This document shows positions 1-13,989 of a DNA stretch of 64,000 bases, piece by piece (the first letter of the stretch is position 1; every line of letters starts with the position of its first letter). Under the pieces are notes generated by a model, which was given only the letters and a program-made list of their open reading frames with translations, did no database searches and was not told the origin of the DNA. Position numbers and translations under genes: made by a program. Source of the stretch: Octopus vulgaris (taxonomy: Eukaryota); the NCBI GenBank assembly GCA_951406725.2, contig OX597833.1:35588001-35652000 (forward strand). The letters are read 5' to 3'.

Positions 1-164
1 TGTATAAATGGCAATAAATATCAATTATTTTAGGCGAACACAAAAACAAAAAGTATGTTTAAATAAGGTATTTAATAAATACACATATATGTAGATATAG
101 AGCCAGATATATTGAAATAACTCTTAATACTTCCACACAACTATGTATGTATCAGTATAATATA

Positions 165-235
<71 letters not shown>

Positions 236-692
236 TGAAATGTGCATATGCAAGAATGTGTCTATTGTATATGCAATGGTATATTCTCATCCTACTTTAT
301 ACTTTATAGCGAAGTGCTATGCATATCATGAACCCAATTAAGGTTGCATTAATTCTCAAATACGACAGTTTTATTCGCAGCAAAAATTATATATTTCAGC
401 CAAATACTACTTTGCTGAGATATGATCCACCTGTTTCTACTCAAAACGCAACTTTTGATAGACATAACATTCGTATATGTGAGACGTGCTTTGATATTAG
501 TTTTAACATATATTCGTGGGCTTGTATAACGCATTGTTTACAAGATCACTGCCGATTTGCTTTGCTGTTAGTTTCTATAAGATCATGAACTCTCGAAAAC
601 GCGACTTTCTAACTTTACTACATCAGACGTGTTTGGGAAGTAACGGAGTTAACAAATTCTTTCATTGCACGTACATTAATCCCCCCCCCCCC

Positions 693-730
<38 letters not shown>

Positions 731-1290
731 CCATCATCATCACCATCATTATCCATAACTAGATACGATAATATAAAAACGCATTAAAATGTTGTACGTT
801 TCAGAAACACGTACATTCCGATAAAAGAAAGAAAAAGTTCTAAACAAACTAGGATTAGTTTATTAAATAGGAACACAAGTGAACCAATAATTTAATAATG
901 ACATTTTTACTTTCACTCTATTCACTCCCATGCTCCTTGTATGTATGTATGTATGTATGTATGTATGTATGTATGTATGTATATATGTGTAAATTTTTTT
1001 AGAAAGAATTCCTTATATAGTAACAATATTTGAAGAAACATTTTCTTAAAGTTAGTATTATTAGTTATGTTAGAGAATCTATAAAACAAACAGAATGGCG
1101 TAAACATTTCGGAGTTCGGATTTTTTATTTTTGCGCGTGTGTGTAATCGCTTTCGCTGCTTTCAGGTTTTCAAACACACGTGTTTGAAAATCTTCCTTCC
1201 AGCAAAAGTTTTGTGTCATCCTGTTCTTTAAGATTTCTTATGTAATTGAATTTTTTTATCCAAGAAAATCTTTTTTTTAAATACATGCCT

Positions 1291-1399
<109 letters not shown>

Positions 1400-2100
1400 C
1401 AAAACGGATGCAAAGATAACCCTTGTTACATATATAAGAGCATTGAGCAAAGGGAATTAACTCAAATGTCTGTCTTAATCACAGTTTCTGCTGACAAAGA
1501 TTAGATTTTCGCTTAAACATGAGAATTCAATTTCGGAGATATAATTCTTCATTTATTCAAATTATCATTTCTTTCTGAGTCTCTATTACTGCTAAGTTTT
1601 TTCCCCCTCAAAGTAAAGTGTAAATTGCAATTAACAATTATTTTTTGCGTGAGTCGTTTGGTTCAGGAAAACGCATTCGAGATTTGTGTGTGTGAGTGAG
1701 TGTGTTTTTGCGTATGCATTTAACAGTTACCGTGTCTGTTTCAATTTACCCGCCATCTTCTTCCCCTCTCTTTAACGTTATGTTTTATATTTTGAAATGA
1801 ACTTTAAACTCCCTCAATTCTATATCTATTGTGTTAATACAAGTTCAATACAACACAGCTTGATATACAGTATGTAGCTTTAGAAACACTTTATTGCATC
1901 ACCAGCAATATGAGCAACATATAGTGAGTACCAACTATCACAGTACGATAATGTATTATAGTGCCTTATTTAAATCCCTTTTTTTATATTATATATCTTC
2001 ATACCTTTTCGCTTGTATATGTATTCACACACAGACACACACCACACACACATGTATGTATGCACACACACATGTATGTATGCACACACACACACACACG

Positions 2101-2164
<64 letters not shown>

Positions 2165-2749
2165 ATAGTCATACACACATTCATATATACATATATGTAT
2201 ATACACACATAAGGAAATATTCTGCTAAATCTGATAATATTTTTAGATAATTATGTAATTGTATTTCCAACAATAGTAGGCACTGCTTTTTATGAATTAA
2301 TGATATAGCAATGTAATCTTTTATTTTAGGTTTTAAGTATTGAAATAATAGCATACTTGAAACAATTAGAAAATTGAAAATTTTAATCATAACTATATTA
2401 TCATTGAGGTATCATTCTTCATGTACGTACGTACATACGTATGTATGTACGTATGTATGTATGTATGTATGTATGTATGTATGTATGTATGCATGTAAGT
2501 ATTTTGATATATATATATATATATATATATATATCTACACGCACACACACATATATATATACATACGCATTTGTATGTATGTAGAATATATATATATATA
2601 TACACATATGTATACATGTGTGTGTAGTGACATACATACACACACATACACACACTCTCTCTCTCTCTCACTTCCACCACATACATATACACCTACGTGT
2701 TTGAATTTGAACATGAATTAAAAGATGGACGGAAATATAACATATAATT

Positions 2750-3760
2750 AAGTCAGCTTCTTTATAATGAAATATATCTACCTAAAGTATTAGACATTAT
2801 GAGATTACTCATTCTCTAGTTATAGAGTTCAATACATTATGGTACAAGTTTTCTTAGAGAGAAATTTAATCATATGTCTTGGAAGGTTCATCAGCAGTAA
2901 GAGTCAGGTTTATCTACGATTTGTTTTTGCTTGTTTCTTCAATTATTTAAGAGAATATTTCAAAGATTAACATAACTTTCTTATTGTTCTTTCTATTATC
3001 TGTTTGTAATAAAAGATAGAATAGAAGAGGCTTAGAAAGTGACAAAATGTTTCGGGGTAGGGGTATGATTCGTATTTGTGTGATAAAATAATTGATCATA
3101 GTTGGTTCGACTAAATTCTATTTTGTTGTTTGAGAAGTAGTTTTTGTTTCCTTGCCTTCTAAGAAATTGTTTAAAAAGATTTTTAAATATTATTTATCGT
3201 TGGTGCATATGCTACTTTTAACAATTCATTATGCATTCTTGTATCAAATATTTTGTTTTTTCTTGAATAGAGTATTTTGCTGGGTACCATGCTGATTTTA
3301 CTGTTTTTGCCTCGCGATCCAAAAGCTAGAACTCCTCCACTATATATATATATATATATTTAGAAAGAGCTTTTGTTCCAGCATTGTCTTTGTAGTTTGA
3401 CTGAAAATTTTCATAGACTGTTTGCGTCTCAAAGGAATCAATGATGATCGGGAGACTAACTTTCGTTATACGAACTGAGTCATCGTTTGTTTACATCAAC
3501 AGCAGCGAAAAAGAGATTTTCACTAGTTTGTGGTTTTGATTTTCAGTCTTTAAGTTAAATATATATCTAAGTGATTCTGTATGCCAGGATTTTATAGTAT
3601 AATTCATAAAAATGCATGAAGTATCCCGAAATTACTATTTACAGTTTACATTACTGGGTATTTTTTTAATGTGGATAGCGAATTTGTCTTCCGATAATTA
3701 AATTATTAACTCAGATTTAGTGGTGGACAGCTCGTCTTCTTGAGCTCGTAGAGCTAAACA
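2750..3760 (-). mobile_element. Very degraded Penelope-like fragment (tentative)
   Basis: Broken minus-strand peptides KIFD...LKVAYAPTINNI and SNTLGRYI resemble the PLE linker and GIY-YIG region. Confidence 0.3.
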
Positions 3761-3799
3761 GTATTAATATAATTTGTAAATTCAGTATTATCTAAATCT

Positions 3800-4750
3800 A
3801 GCTCTTAGGTGAAAATCACGATCAGTTCTGCCGTAAGATCACAATTTGTCATGTCATGTTTTTTGGCGAGATTTCTGAATCCTATTCGAGAAAGGCTTTT
3901 GAATATGCTCTTGCGATAGCATCAAGCGAGGTATTCAGATTATTTCAGCAAATTGTCGTATTACCTGTTTTAGAAACGTGTAAGAATAGTAGGACGTTAT
4001 GAATATATAGATATAATAATTGGGTAGGTAGTTTTTCAACCTTACAGCATATGAGCTGTAATATCATTCTGTCACTGGGTTCGCTTTTTCGTCAAAGCAA
4101 GTCGATTAACTTTAGAAGATATGAAAATGATAAAGTAAAATGTTTTCGAGGTGAGGATTAAATTACACATCCTGCTGCAACGGTAGTGTACTGCATGCAG
4201 TGTATTGTGAAATGAACCTCTGGCCATCTAAGTAATAATGTCAAAGCGATCGCTCTTCATTGTTTTTCTTCCCGACCGATAGATAAATTATCATTTTTTT
4301 AAATATATTAACGATATACCACCAAACTTAGAGCTTTGTCATTAGAGCTTTGTGCTAATAAAGAAATGAATAACTCAAAGTAACCTGACATAAAGTAAAA
4401 GAAACTGAATGATTGCATGCTTCGTTGTATCATAAATATAATAAGAAAACAAGCGGTAGACTTCATGAGGGTTTTAGATAAATGTAGCAGGATTTGGAAT
4501 CTATACAAAAGAATGTATTGCAAATACAAATATAATTACTGTAATTCGAAGTGGCTCAACATGAGTAAATTGAAAGTTCATCCAATAAAAATTTGAAGTA
4601 AGATCTTTAATCGATCGCCGAAAAAAAGCCAGTTGATATTTCGTGTAGAACCCTTCATCAAAGAATTTTACAAGCGGCCTCAGCAGAGTAACATAACCAT
4701 AAATATGTAATTAAAGAGGATGATTACATAAGAAGAGCAATGAGTTTTGT
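3800..4750 (+). mobile_element. Very degraded L1/Tx1-like RT fragment (tentative)
   Basis: Broken peptides DQFCRKIT, PAATVVYC and EPLAI occur in RT motif order. Confidence 0.25.
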
Positions 4751-5359
4751 GATTTCCCAAATGCATTTGTGACGTAAGGAAAATAGATGCAACTGGAAAC
4801 TAAAAATGTTACAATCACTCAATTTGATAAGAGTATACTACCGTGTTTCGGAGCAAGGTGACTGTATATCTACAAAATATCCCATTGAGTGAGGATTTTC
4901 TTTTATTTGTTAACGTGTATACGTGGATTTGTAGATATATCTAACATGCCAAACTATCTAAACTTATATTGCTCCACAAAGACTGATCAAAGGATTTAAA
5001 TCCCTCGTTAAGAAAATCGTTTCTGAGTTCTGAATTAATAATCTAATATTCCGCCTAACCTGTGGAAAACAATATGATATCAGAAAAACGCAGATATATT
5101 TTGTGCAGTTCAATAAAGGCCAAATCAGCTGGTACTTGATTGCTGTAATATTTACGAGAGCACGGTAGCTAACACACGATTTCGTCAGCTGTTCACATTA
5201 TATAGGCGGTAACAAAACATCTCTTTTGATATATACGTGCACAGGCGCACGTCCACACATCCACATACACATGCTGTAAGTCTTTTGTCCTCATGTTTGA
5301 CTGTGCACAAAGCACTGAGCATTCTTCAAATGAATTAATGCATATAAACTCACACAATC

Positions 5360-5397
<38 letters not shown>

Positions 5398-5902
5398 TTA
5401 TTTTTTAACATATAAACAGTAGTATTTTGTTGAAGAAACCAGTTAAACAAGTTTATATACACGGTATTCATGCTAATAGAAAACGTATCAAAACATTTTC
5501 TGTTTTCTTATTACAATATAATTATTTTATGTTCCCATTAAACATGCAGACATATTGTTTTGTCAAAATTCATATTCACACGAATCATATCCGATTATAT
5601 TAAGGATTTTATAAAGATAATGAAATGATTAAAAAAGAAAAAAATATATATAAATATATATATATATATATAAATCTGTCTTGATTCATCACCTGCGATA
5701 AATTATAGAACTTAATACAAATGGAAAGTGTTCTTTAATCCATTATAACTGAAATGCTCCGATTTCCAGAACTCCGAGTGGTTTGTTTCCGATCATCAGC
5801 TGGTAAACCGAGTTTAGCCTTCTTGTTTTCCATTGAATATCTTTTTAAATCGCACATATATACACATATACGCGCGCGCACGCATATATGATATGTAATA
5901 TA

Positions 5903-5938
<36 letters not shown>

Positions 5939-5940
<2 letters not shown>

Positions 5941-6343
5941 TTTACTCTTTTACTTGTTTCAGTCATTTGACTGTGGCCATGCTGGAGCACCGCCTTTAGT
6001 CGAGCAAATCGACCCCGGGACTTATTCTTTGTAAGCCCAACACTTATTCTATCGGTTTCTTTTGCCGAACCGGCAGGTGACGGGGACGTAAACACACCAG
6101 CATCGGTTGTCAGGCAATGCTAGGGGGACAAACACAGACACACAAACATATACACACACACTTATGTATATATACATATATACGACAGGCTTCTTTCAGT
6201 TTCCGTCTACCAAATCCACTCACAAGGCATTGGTCGGCCCGGGGCTATAGCAGAAGACACTTGCCCAAGATGCCACGCAGTGGGACTGAACCCGGAACCA
6301 TGTGGTTGGTTAGCAAGCTACTTACCACACAGCCACTCCTGCA

Positions 6344-6345
<2 letters not shown>
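5939..6345 (-). mobile_element. SINE family A (tRNA head, CORE-like domain), full length
   Basis: Head GGTGCAGGAGTGGCTGTGTGGTAAG...GGTTCAGTCCC with A/B-box-like motifs, CTTGGGCAAGTG core and GGCGGTGCTCCAGCATGGCC tail. (TA)n on both sides. Matches 41050-41451. Confidence 0.9.
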
Positions 6346-6376
<31 letters not shown>

Positions 6377-6649
6377 CACACTTACATGCATTCATGCATA
6401 CATAACCAAAATAGTGAGAAAGAGTTAGAAGAGGGAGTATATAAGTTTGGTGACTGCTAAGCTGAACAATGCTGTACATTATCGCAAATAATACAAGTCG
6501 TTTAAACTAACTTTAAAGACAGTTACCTGGATTCTGAAAGTAAAAAAAAATTAATAAATAAACTATCATTTGTTATTCCAATTCGAAGAGAGCTATTAAA
6601 ACTAATTTTACTATTGGCTGTGTGGTAGGAAGCCTGCTTCCCATATAAA

Positions 6650-6764
<115 letters not shown>

Positions 6765-6799
6765 TTATTTATCTATATATATATATATATATATTATAT

Positions 6800-7255
6800 A
6801 AAAGGGCTTAGTAAAATAAATTACTTTGCCGCATACTGAACTCATTAGAAATAGCAGCTAAAAAAACTTTTTTAAAAACTATTTCCAATACTTAAAGAAA
6901 ACCTCTCTCATATAGTGTTTGCTCAATTCAACTCACGAAAGTATGAGGGTAGAGACATTAAAAAAAAAAAATTTAAAAAAATCAAATGCAAAGGTTATTT
7001 GAGAACGTACGTTTCAAGATTAGTCAAAATCGACACTTCTATCATCAGCTCAGAACTCCCTGGTTTGGATTTGAAAACACTGAAAGTGGGAGCATACCCT
7101 TTCGGCTTGTTATCACTTCTGAAGATCTGCTCAAAACTAACAGTACTAGCAAATTCAAATATGCAAGCGAAGAATTTCTGCTCTCCCCTTTCCACCAGCG
7201 TGGGTTAAAATCAGCAAACACTATGCTTTTTTCGGTAAAATCCGAGGCATTATAT
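6800..7255 (-). mobile_element. Putative non-autonomous Penelope-like pLTR or retrozyme-type element
   Basis: Non-repetitive island between microsatellites that carries the minimal hammerhead. No convincing protein. Confidence 0.4.
7000..7052 (-). ncRNA. Minimal type I hammerhead ribozyme motif
   Basis: Minus strand reads UGAG-CUGAUGA-[stem II]-GAAAC-GUAC-GUU-CUCA: 4-bp stem I, intact core, palindromic stem III. Confidence 0.65.
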
Positions 7256-7288
7256 AGAGAGAGATGAATTATAATTTCAATGTCTGCC

Positions 7289-7375
<87 letters not shown>

Positions 7376-7424
7376 TTATCTATCTATCTACCTACCTATC
7401 TACATACCTATCTATCTATCTGCC

Positions 7425-7467
<43 letters not shown>

Positions 7468-9099
7468 GTGTGTTTGTCTTTGTGTTCATGTTTGTTTTCC
7501 CTCATCACTGCTCGGCACCCGGTGTTGGTTTGTTTATGTACTCTTCAGCTAGAAGCTCAACAAAAGAGAGTGATAGATTAAATACCCGACTTTAAAAAAA
7601 AATTAATAGCCCTGGAAACCGATATTTTCGACTGAAAACTCTTCAAGGTAGCGTCCAAATATGGTCGCAGTTGAAATTGCTGCTTTACACTAAGTCGAGT
7701 TTAATTTTCGCGGTTTGTAGCCTCTATTTCAACTCAATGGCAAATTGTTAAAATTGGGCTTTATCCACTCAAATGCTTTCGTTTTCTCGGTGACTTTTAT
7801 TTGTGGCGTAGTAAACATATGGTCAGGTAAATTCTGTAATTTTTTTTTTCGATGGTACCTAAATGTCTCAAATTTTCACTGATCCGAGTGATCGGCAAAG
7901 TACCCTACTTGATGGCACTCATAGAATTCATCAAATTTTGCGCAGATATAAGGAACAGCTTCAAATTTTAACATCTATGTATTCTTCTACATCTCAATCT
8001 AATGTTTTACGGGAAAGATGCTTCCCTTTAGAGGACGTGTTGTGCATAAATGAATAAGTCTTAGAAGAATTAAATAGAAGGCTGCTCTGCTCACGCATTC
8101 CCAGTGAGAGAAAAGCAGGAGCTTCATCTCTTAAATATGGAGTGTTTTTATTACTTGTTTAATTAGATATGTTCACGTATTTTTGTTTATGTGAATCCAT
8201 ACGTCTCTGCTTTTATGTTTCAATAATTAGTTTCTATTTTCCAATTACTTTCACCAATATTACACTTAAGTTTGAAGATGTCTTTTTCAAATTCTGTTCT
8301 ATTTTCATTTATAAATTATTTACATCGTTTTATATTACTCCCTGCTGCTTGATTTTCATTAATTTTCCTCTTTATTTCTATTTTAATTTCTTTTTTTTTC
8401 TCTTTTTTTTTTTTACAGTGAATGAGAAATTCTTGGTTTTATTATTCATATTAATGATGTGTGGTTTGATTTGAAAACGTCCGGCAACATTAAATCTTGA
8501 TGACGTAAAAAAAAAAAATGGAAGAAAGAAAGCTACTTGCATAACAAGGTCAGTCACTGTGATAATAATGACGGTTATAAAATCACGCACACACACACAG
8601 AAACATTACTGGAACATAAAATGAAAATTAGGTCAGTGTATTTTTTTTTTATCGATCTGTCTGTCTCCTTGCTTGCGTGTCTAGTTCAGCGTGCCCTAAA
8701 CTTTCTCTGTGATCGAAGCATCCTTTTCTCTTTTCTGGTCTCTGCCGTAGCTTGGCTAACAGTCTGTTTGCTTTCTCTGGCAAAACTGACTTCCCGACAT
8801 GTCTGGCAAAATAATGTCTGTTCTTTGTTTCTTTCCGCCACTTCTTATTCTTTATAAAACCCCATTGTCATGATTCTTGTCGTTTACGTCTGTGATTTAA
8901 CAGGAAAAATTATTGTTGCAGTTGTTGTTGATGCTCTGCTAAAACCAGTTAGATTTGTTATGTTTATTTTATTCCAATATCAAGGAAAAGCAGAAATACT
9001 TTACACACACATACACACACACACCTTATCTATATGTCTGTCTGTTTGATTAACTATCTATATTGATAGATAAATATACACAAAACACACACATATATA

Positions 9100-9319
9100 T
9101 AAATGTGAATATATATATATATATATACACACATACACACACACACATACATGTATGTATTTATGTATGTAAGTGTATGTACATGTATGTATGTATGCAT
9201 ATATATATATATATATATATATACATGCATACATACATACATGTACATACACATACATACATAAATACATACATGTATGTGTGTGTGTGTATGTGTATAT
9301 ATATATATATTCACATTTA
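9100..9319. repeat. Near-perfect ~220-bp inverted repeat centred on (TA)n
   Basis: The arms mirror each other, including the TAAATGTGAA/TTCACATTTA ends. Confidence 0.9.
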
Positions 9320-9784
9320 GGGGCATATATATATGTTATTAATTGTTATTTTGAATTCCGGAAGAAATACATTTTAACACAGGTATAGTATGAAAGCAGC
9401 AGATAACTACCACATCGTGCTAGTTACGAACTTCCTCTTTTAAAAGAAGAGGGAATAATATATGCATCATATGAGTACTGGCTGTAAGGCTCCAAACTGA
9501 TATTGTCGAGATCAACAACGTCACCTAAATGAGCACTAAAGACCATATTCTAAGACTGTCCAATAATATATCGGAGATACATGTGATAATGACATTGACA
9601 GCAATAACAATCAAAGGGGTGCATGCGACAAGGTACCAGAAACAACATTATTAAAGAATAAGGCAGGGAAAAATACACTCATTTGCACGATTCGTGAGAG
9701 GACATCCACTTGAACTTCAGCATTATGCAGACTAAAAAGCGAAAGAGATATAGCTATATTACTGTAGAGAACAAGGAATATTGG

Positions 9785-9925
9785 TTTCAAGTTTTGGTAC
9801 AAGGCCAGGAATTTCGAGGAGGTGGGGGTACAGTCGATTATATCGACCCCAGTGTTCAACTGATACTTATTTCATCAACTCTGAAAGGATGAAAGGAGAA
9901 GTCGTCCTCAGAGTGATTTAAACTT
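9785..9925 (-). mobile_element. SINE family B, 3' part
   Basis: CAAGGCCAG..GTCGATTATATCGACCCCAGTG..AAAGGATGAAAGG. Confidence 0.75.
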
Positions 9926-10905
9926 AGAAAAAGGGAATATTACTTCCAAAAGAAATGCATGAGGAAATGTAGAGAAAAGAATTGTGTTTAGACGGATTTT
10001 CCAGGTGGCAGGACGAGATTTTGTGGTTGCTGTTAAAGATTTCATACCACACGTAAACCATGTGACGATGAAGAATTCATCGAGGGCAGCGACAGTAGTA
10101 ACTTTTTCTTTATTTGGAGATAGGGACACGTCCAGAAACGCTCATGCTATTGTTTTATTTTTGAAATAAAAATATTTATTAGTGTCGCATTCACATTCAC
10201 GCATGATTATTGCTGCTTTTCATCGAATACTTAATAGGTGATACAAATGGATATACCAATGACTCAAATCTACTTTTAGTGAATATTTTCTTAAAGTCCG
10301 CTTCGTGATATGTGATATATTCAAATCCTAAAATAGATTCTTTTATCCTCTTGTGTGTGACATTCATCCTGTCTGGTTTTTACTGCACAGAATTTTTTTT
10401 CAGTCAATTATTCTCGTTTTGATTAAGCTCAGCTCTCGTTGAAATTATCTTGTTTTTGTAGACTAAATATAACAGAGCTTTTACACACTGTGTAGAGTCT
10501 GTATCAATGAAATTTTCATTTCGGATTCTATTCACAGCCTGTAAGGGCATCCGGTACCACTTTCATTGCTCTCAAGTTTCGCCATATTCTTGTTTGGTCC
10601 ATATGGTCATGCATGTCAATTACAGCACAAGCTCCCATTGGAATCGAAATTAGCTATTATCTTTCTTTTGGTTTATTGAAAACAAAACCCGTTAAATTCT
10701 CCTGGAATTCTGTACCTTCATTTCTTCTTCTTCTTCTTCTTCTTCTTCTTCTTCTTCTTCTTCTTCTTCTTCTTCTTCTTCTTCTTCTTCTTCTTCTTCT
10801 TCTTCTTCTTCTTCTTCTTCTTCTTCTTCTTCTTCTTCTTTTCTCCCTTCTTTTTCTTGTTGTTGTTGTTATTCTTCTTCTTCTCCTCCTTCTTCTTCGT
10901 CTCAA

Positions 10906-10945
<40 letters not shown>

Positions 10946-11083
10946 GAGTGGGAGAGCAGTGCATGCCATCAAAGTGACACTGGGGTAAAATATACGAAGC
11001 CCAGTATACCCATCATGACTACACGTCTGATAAGGGTACACCAGGCACATGCATCACAACCATATGTGTGCGACATGGTGATC
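10946..11083 (-). mobile_element. Family D terminal fragment
   Basis: GAGTGGGAGAGCAGTGCATGCCATCAAAGTGACACTGGGG inside (ATT)n. Confidence 0.8.
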
Positions 11084-11925
11084 ATTATTATTATTATTAT
11101 CAATTGTCATAGCTATCCTCATCACCCTCCTCCTCCTCCTCCTCCTCCTCCTCCTCCTCATCATCATCATCATCATCAACTTTTCTATCACTTACATGCT
11201 AATTTTCTACTGCACTACTAAGTGCAATATCGTGTTCCTGAACTATATGCAACATTCGCTTTTGGGAATGCAGAATTGAGTTCCCGTGCTAAACATGCTT
11301 TACTTTGTTGTGATATTTGTTTCGTTATTTTTTTTATAGTATTTTGGTGTTTTGAATGTTTGCTGTGTAAAATATATGTAATGTGAGCGATGGTTGTAAA
11401 AGAAAAGTTACCCTGGCTCAACTCTAAGATGTGTGCTAGGGAATTTGAAGTATTTTGCATATGATTTAGATTTCCATAACAAGGCTATACATCCAAAAGT
11501 CCAGTCCTTGTTTCAGTGTAGCTGTTTGTGTGTCTTAAAAGCCCTGAGACCTATGGCAGGGGACAAGTCAATGGAAGGATAACAGACATATGGATCACGT
11601 CTTTCCAGAGGTAAAATAGCTTTGCGTAGAGCCAATACCGCTCACTAGAATGAGGTAAATTTACAAAATCTCGATGACGATACAAAACTACAGTAGATAA
11701 AAGCAGTTAATGCCTTATGCTATGTTGAAGGCGAAAGGCTTAAGTAAATAAATAACAGGGCTATATTTGGACTGTGTGGGGGAGTAGCCAGACATTTTTA
11801 ATGTTATTCTTCATGCTTTTGTTTATAATAGTGTTCCAATTATTACTAGAACTGTCTCACTTTAATATCTCCCACCTGCCTTATTTCCCTTTTTATTATT
11901 AGGAGCAATATTATTTAGTTCTATA

Positions 11926-12097
11926 GGGCGACGAGTTGGCAGAAGCGTATGCACGCCGGGCAAAAATGCTTAACACCATTTCATCCGTCTTTAAGTTGTG
12001 AGCTCAAATTCCGCCGAGGTCGATAAAATCAGCACCAGTGGATGTAATCGATTTTCCCCTCCCCGAAATTGCTAGCCTTGTGCCAATATTTGAAACA
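11926..12097 (+). mobile_element. SINE family B, internally deleted
   Basis: GGCGACGAGTTGGCAGAA...CAAATTCCGCCGAGGTCGATAAAA. Confidence 0.8.
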
Positions 12098-12582
12098 ATT
12101 TTAAAATTCTCTAACTTTTTTCCTATTGCATGCTTTTACTACATTACCGGATAATTCTCTACATACTTTTGCACTGGACTTGTAATTCTATTGTATGTAG
12201 GGTGTAGTGGCAATATTTTCCTACACCTGATGTTTAATTTGCATGTTTTTCTTTAATAATTCCTTATGCACTCGCCATTGTAGGTGCTGTTTCAGTTTTC
12301 AGTCTCCATTCTAGTTAACTCTGCATCCAAATCATTATATTTGAAACATTTTCCAATTTCTTTTAGAGGAGTATTGTTGTCTGTTCACAAAAATAATTCG
12401 ATTAGCAAGCGTTTTGTCATCGTCGTCTCCTCCTCCGCTACCACCGATGCCAGCATCACCAGCCCACCACCTCCACCTATTCCTCCCCCTCTATCACCCC
12501 ACTCCCATTCTTCTTCTTCTTCTTCTTTTTCTTCTTCTCCTCCTTCTCCTCCTCCTCCTTCTTCTTCTTCTTCTTCTTCTTC

Positions 12583-12645
<63 letters not shown>

Positions 12646-12732
12646 TTATTATTATTATTATTTGTAGTAGTAGTAGTAGTAGTAGTAGTCTCCAGGCTAG
12701 TAGAACCGTTAAGGCGATGCCTTTCATTCCCC

Positions 12733-12798
12733 ATTTGTTGACTAGTACTTTAGTTTATTGACCTCGAGGTCAATAAACTAAAGTACTAGTCAACAAAT
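12733..12798. repeat. Perfect 66-bp palindrome
   Basis: ATTTGTTGACTAGTACTTTAGTTTATTGACCTC|GAGGTCAATAAACTAAAGTACTAGTCAACAAAT. Confidence 0.98.
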
Positions 12799-13071
12799 TA
12801 CTGAAGTCAATGGAATTGACTATATCTCAAGGCCAAGAAATGTAGATAACCCTGTGCCTAAATTTGGAAGCATTAATATCATTATCATTATTATTGTTGT
12901 TCGTGTCGTTGTTTTCGTTGTTATTATTTGCGTATCACAAACATTCGAATGATGGTTTGTATCGCTGAATAGGTTTCGGAGATGAAATCCTCTTCAAGTG
13001 AATCATATTTTTCTCCATCTAGGGATAGTAAAAGAAGCATTAATAATAAAATGAGTCCATAACACACACTC

Positions 13072-13114
<43 letters not shown>

Positions 13115-13164
13115 GTAATAATAATAATAGTAATAATAATAATAATCCTTTGTACTATAAGCAT

Positions 13165-13482
13165 TAGGCCTGAAAGTTTGGAGGAGAAGACTAATCGATT
13201 GCATCGTCTCCAGTGCTGCATTAGTAGTTATTTTATCGACTCCGAAAGTATGAAAGGTCAAGTCGACCTTGGATGAAAGGACTAGATGTGTGGTTTGACT
13301 TTAAAACTTTTGGCAACATTGATGACGAAAAAAAAAAAAACAAGCAAGAAAGACAGAAAACTACTCTCAAGTCGACCTTGGAAGGAAGGACTAATCGAAT
13401 ACATCGACCCCAGTGCTCAACTCGTCCTTATATTATCGATCCCGAAAAGATGAAAGGCAAACTCAACCTTGGCGGAATTTGA
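13165..13482 (-). mobile_element. Two SINE family B fragments
   Basis: Two ATGAAAGG..AA..C.ACCTTGG cores. Confidence 0.75.
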
Positions 13483-13720
13483 TTTCTTCTTCTTCTTCTT
13501 CTTCTTCTTCTTCTTCTTCTTCTTCTTCTTCTTCTTCTTCTTCTTCTTCTTCTTCTTCTTCTTCTTCTTTTCTCCCTTCTTTTTCTTGTTGTTGTTGTTA
13601 TTCTTCTTCTCCTCCTTCTTCTTCATATTCTTCTTCTTCATATTCTTCTTCCTCTCCTTCTTCTTCATATTCTTCTTCTTCTTCTTCATATTCTTCTTCT
13701 TCTTCTTCATATTCTTCTTC

Positions 13721-13753
<33 letters not shown>

Positions 13754-13857
13754 ATGATGATGATAATAATAATAATGATAATAATAATAACACTAACAGT
13801 AATAATAATAATAATAATGATAATAATAATAATAATAATAATGATAATATTATTATT

Positions 13858-13926
<69 letters not shown>

Positions 13927-13945
13927 ATTATTGTTATTATTCTTA
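13483..13945. repeat. Compound (CTT)n-(AAT)n-(GTT)n-(ATT)n array
   Basis: Direct reading. Confidence 0.97.
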
Positions 13946-13989
13946 TTACTTGCAACATTAAAACATTGACTTCTATCTACAAGAGACTA

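Noticed and set aside
6527-6533. 7-nt minus-strand microexon (tttcAG-AATCCAG-GTAACT)
   Set aside because: It would shift the frame, has no linked exons, and could easily arise by chance.
8419-8549. Plus-strand exon after a strong polypyrimidine acceptor
   Set aside because: No convincing open frame. It could only be non-coding, which is unsupported.
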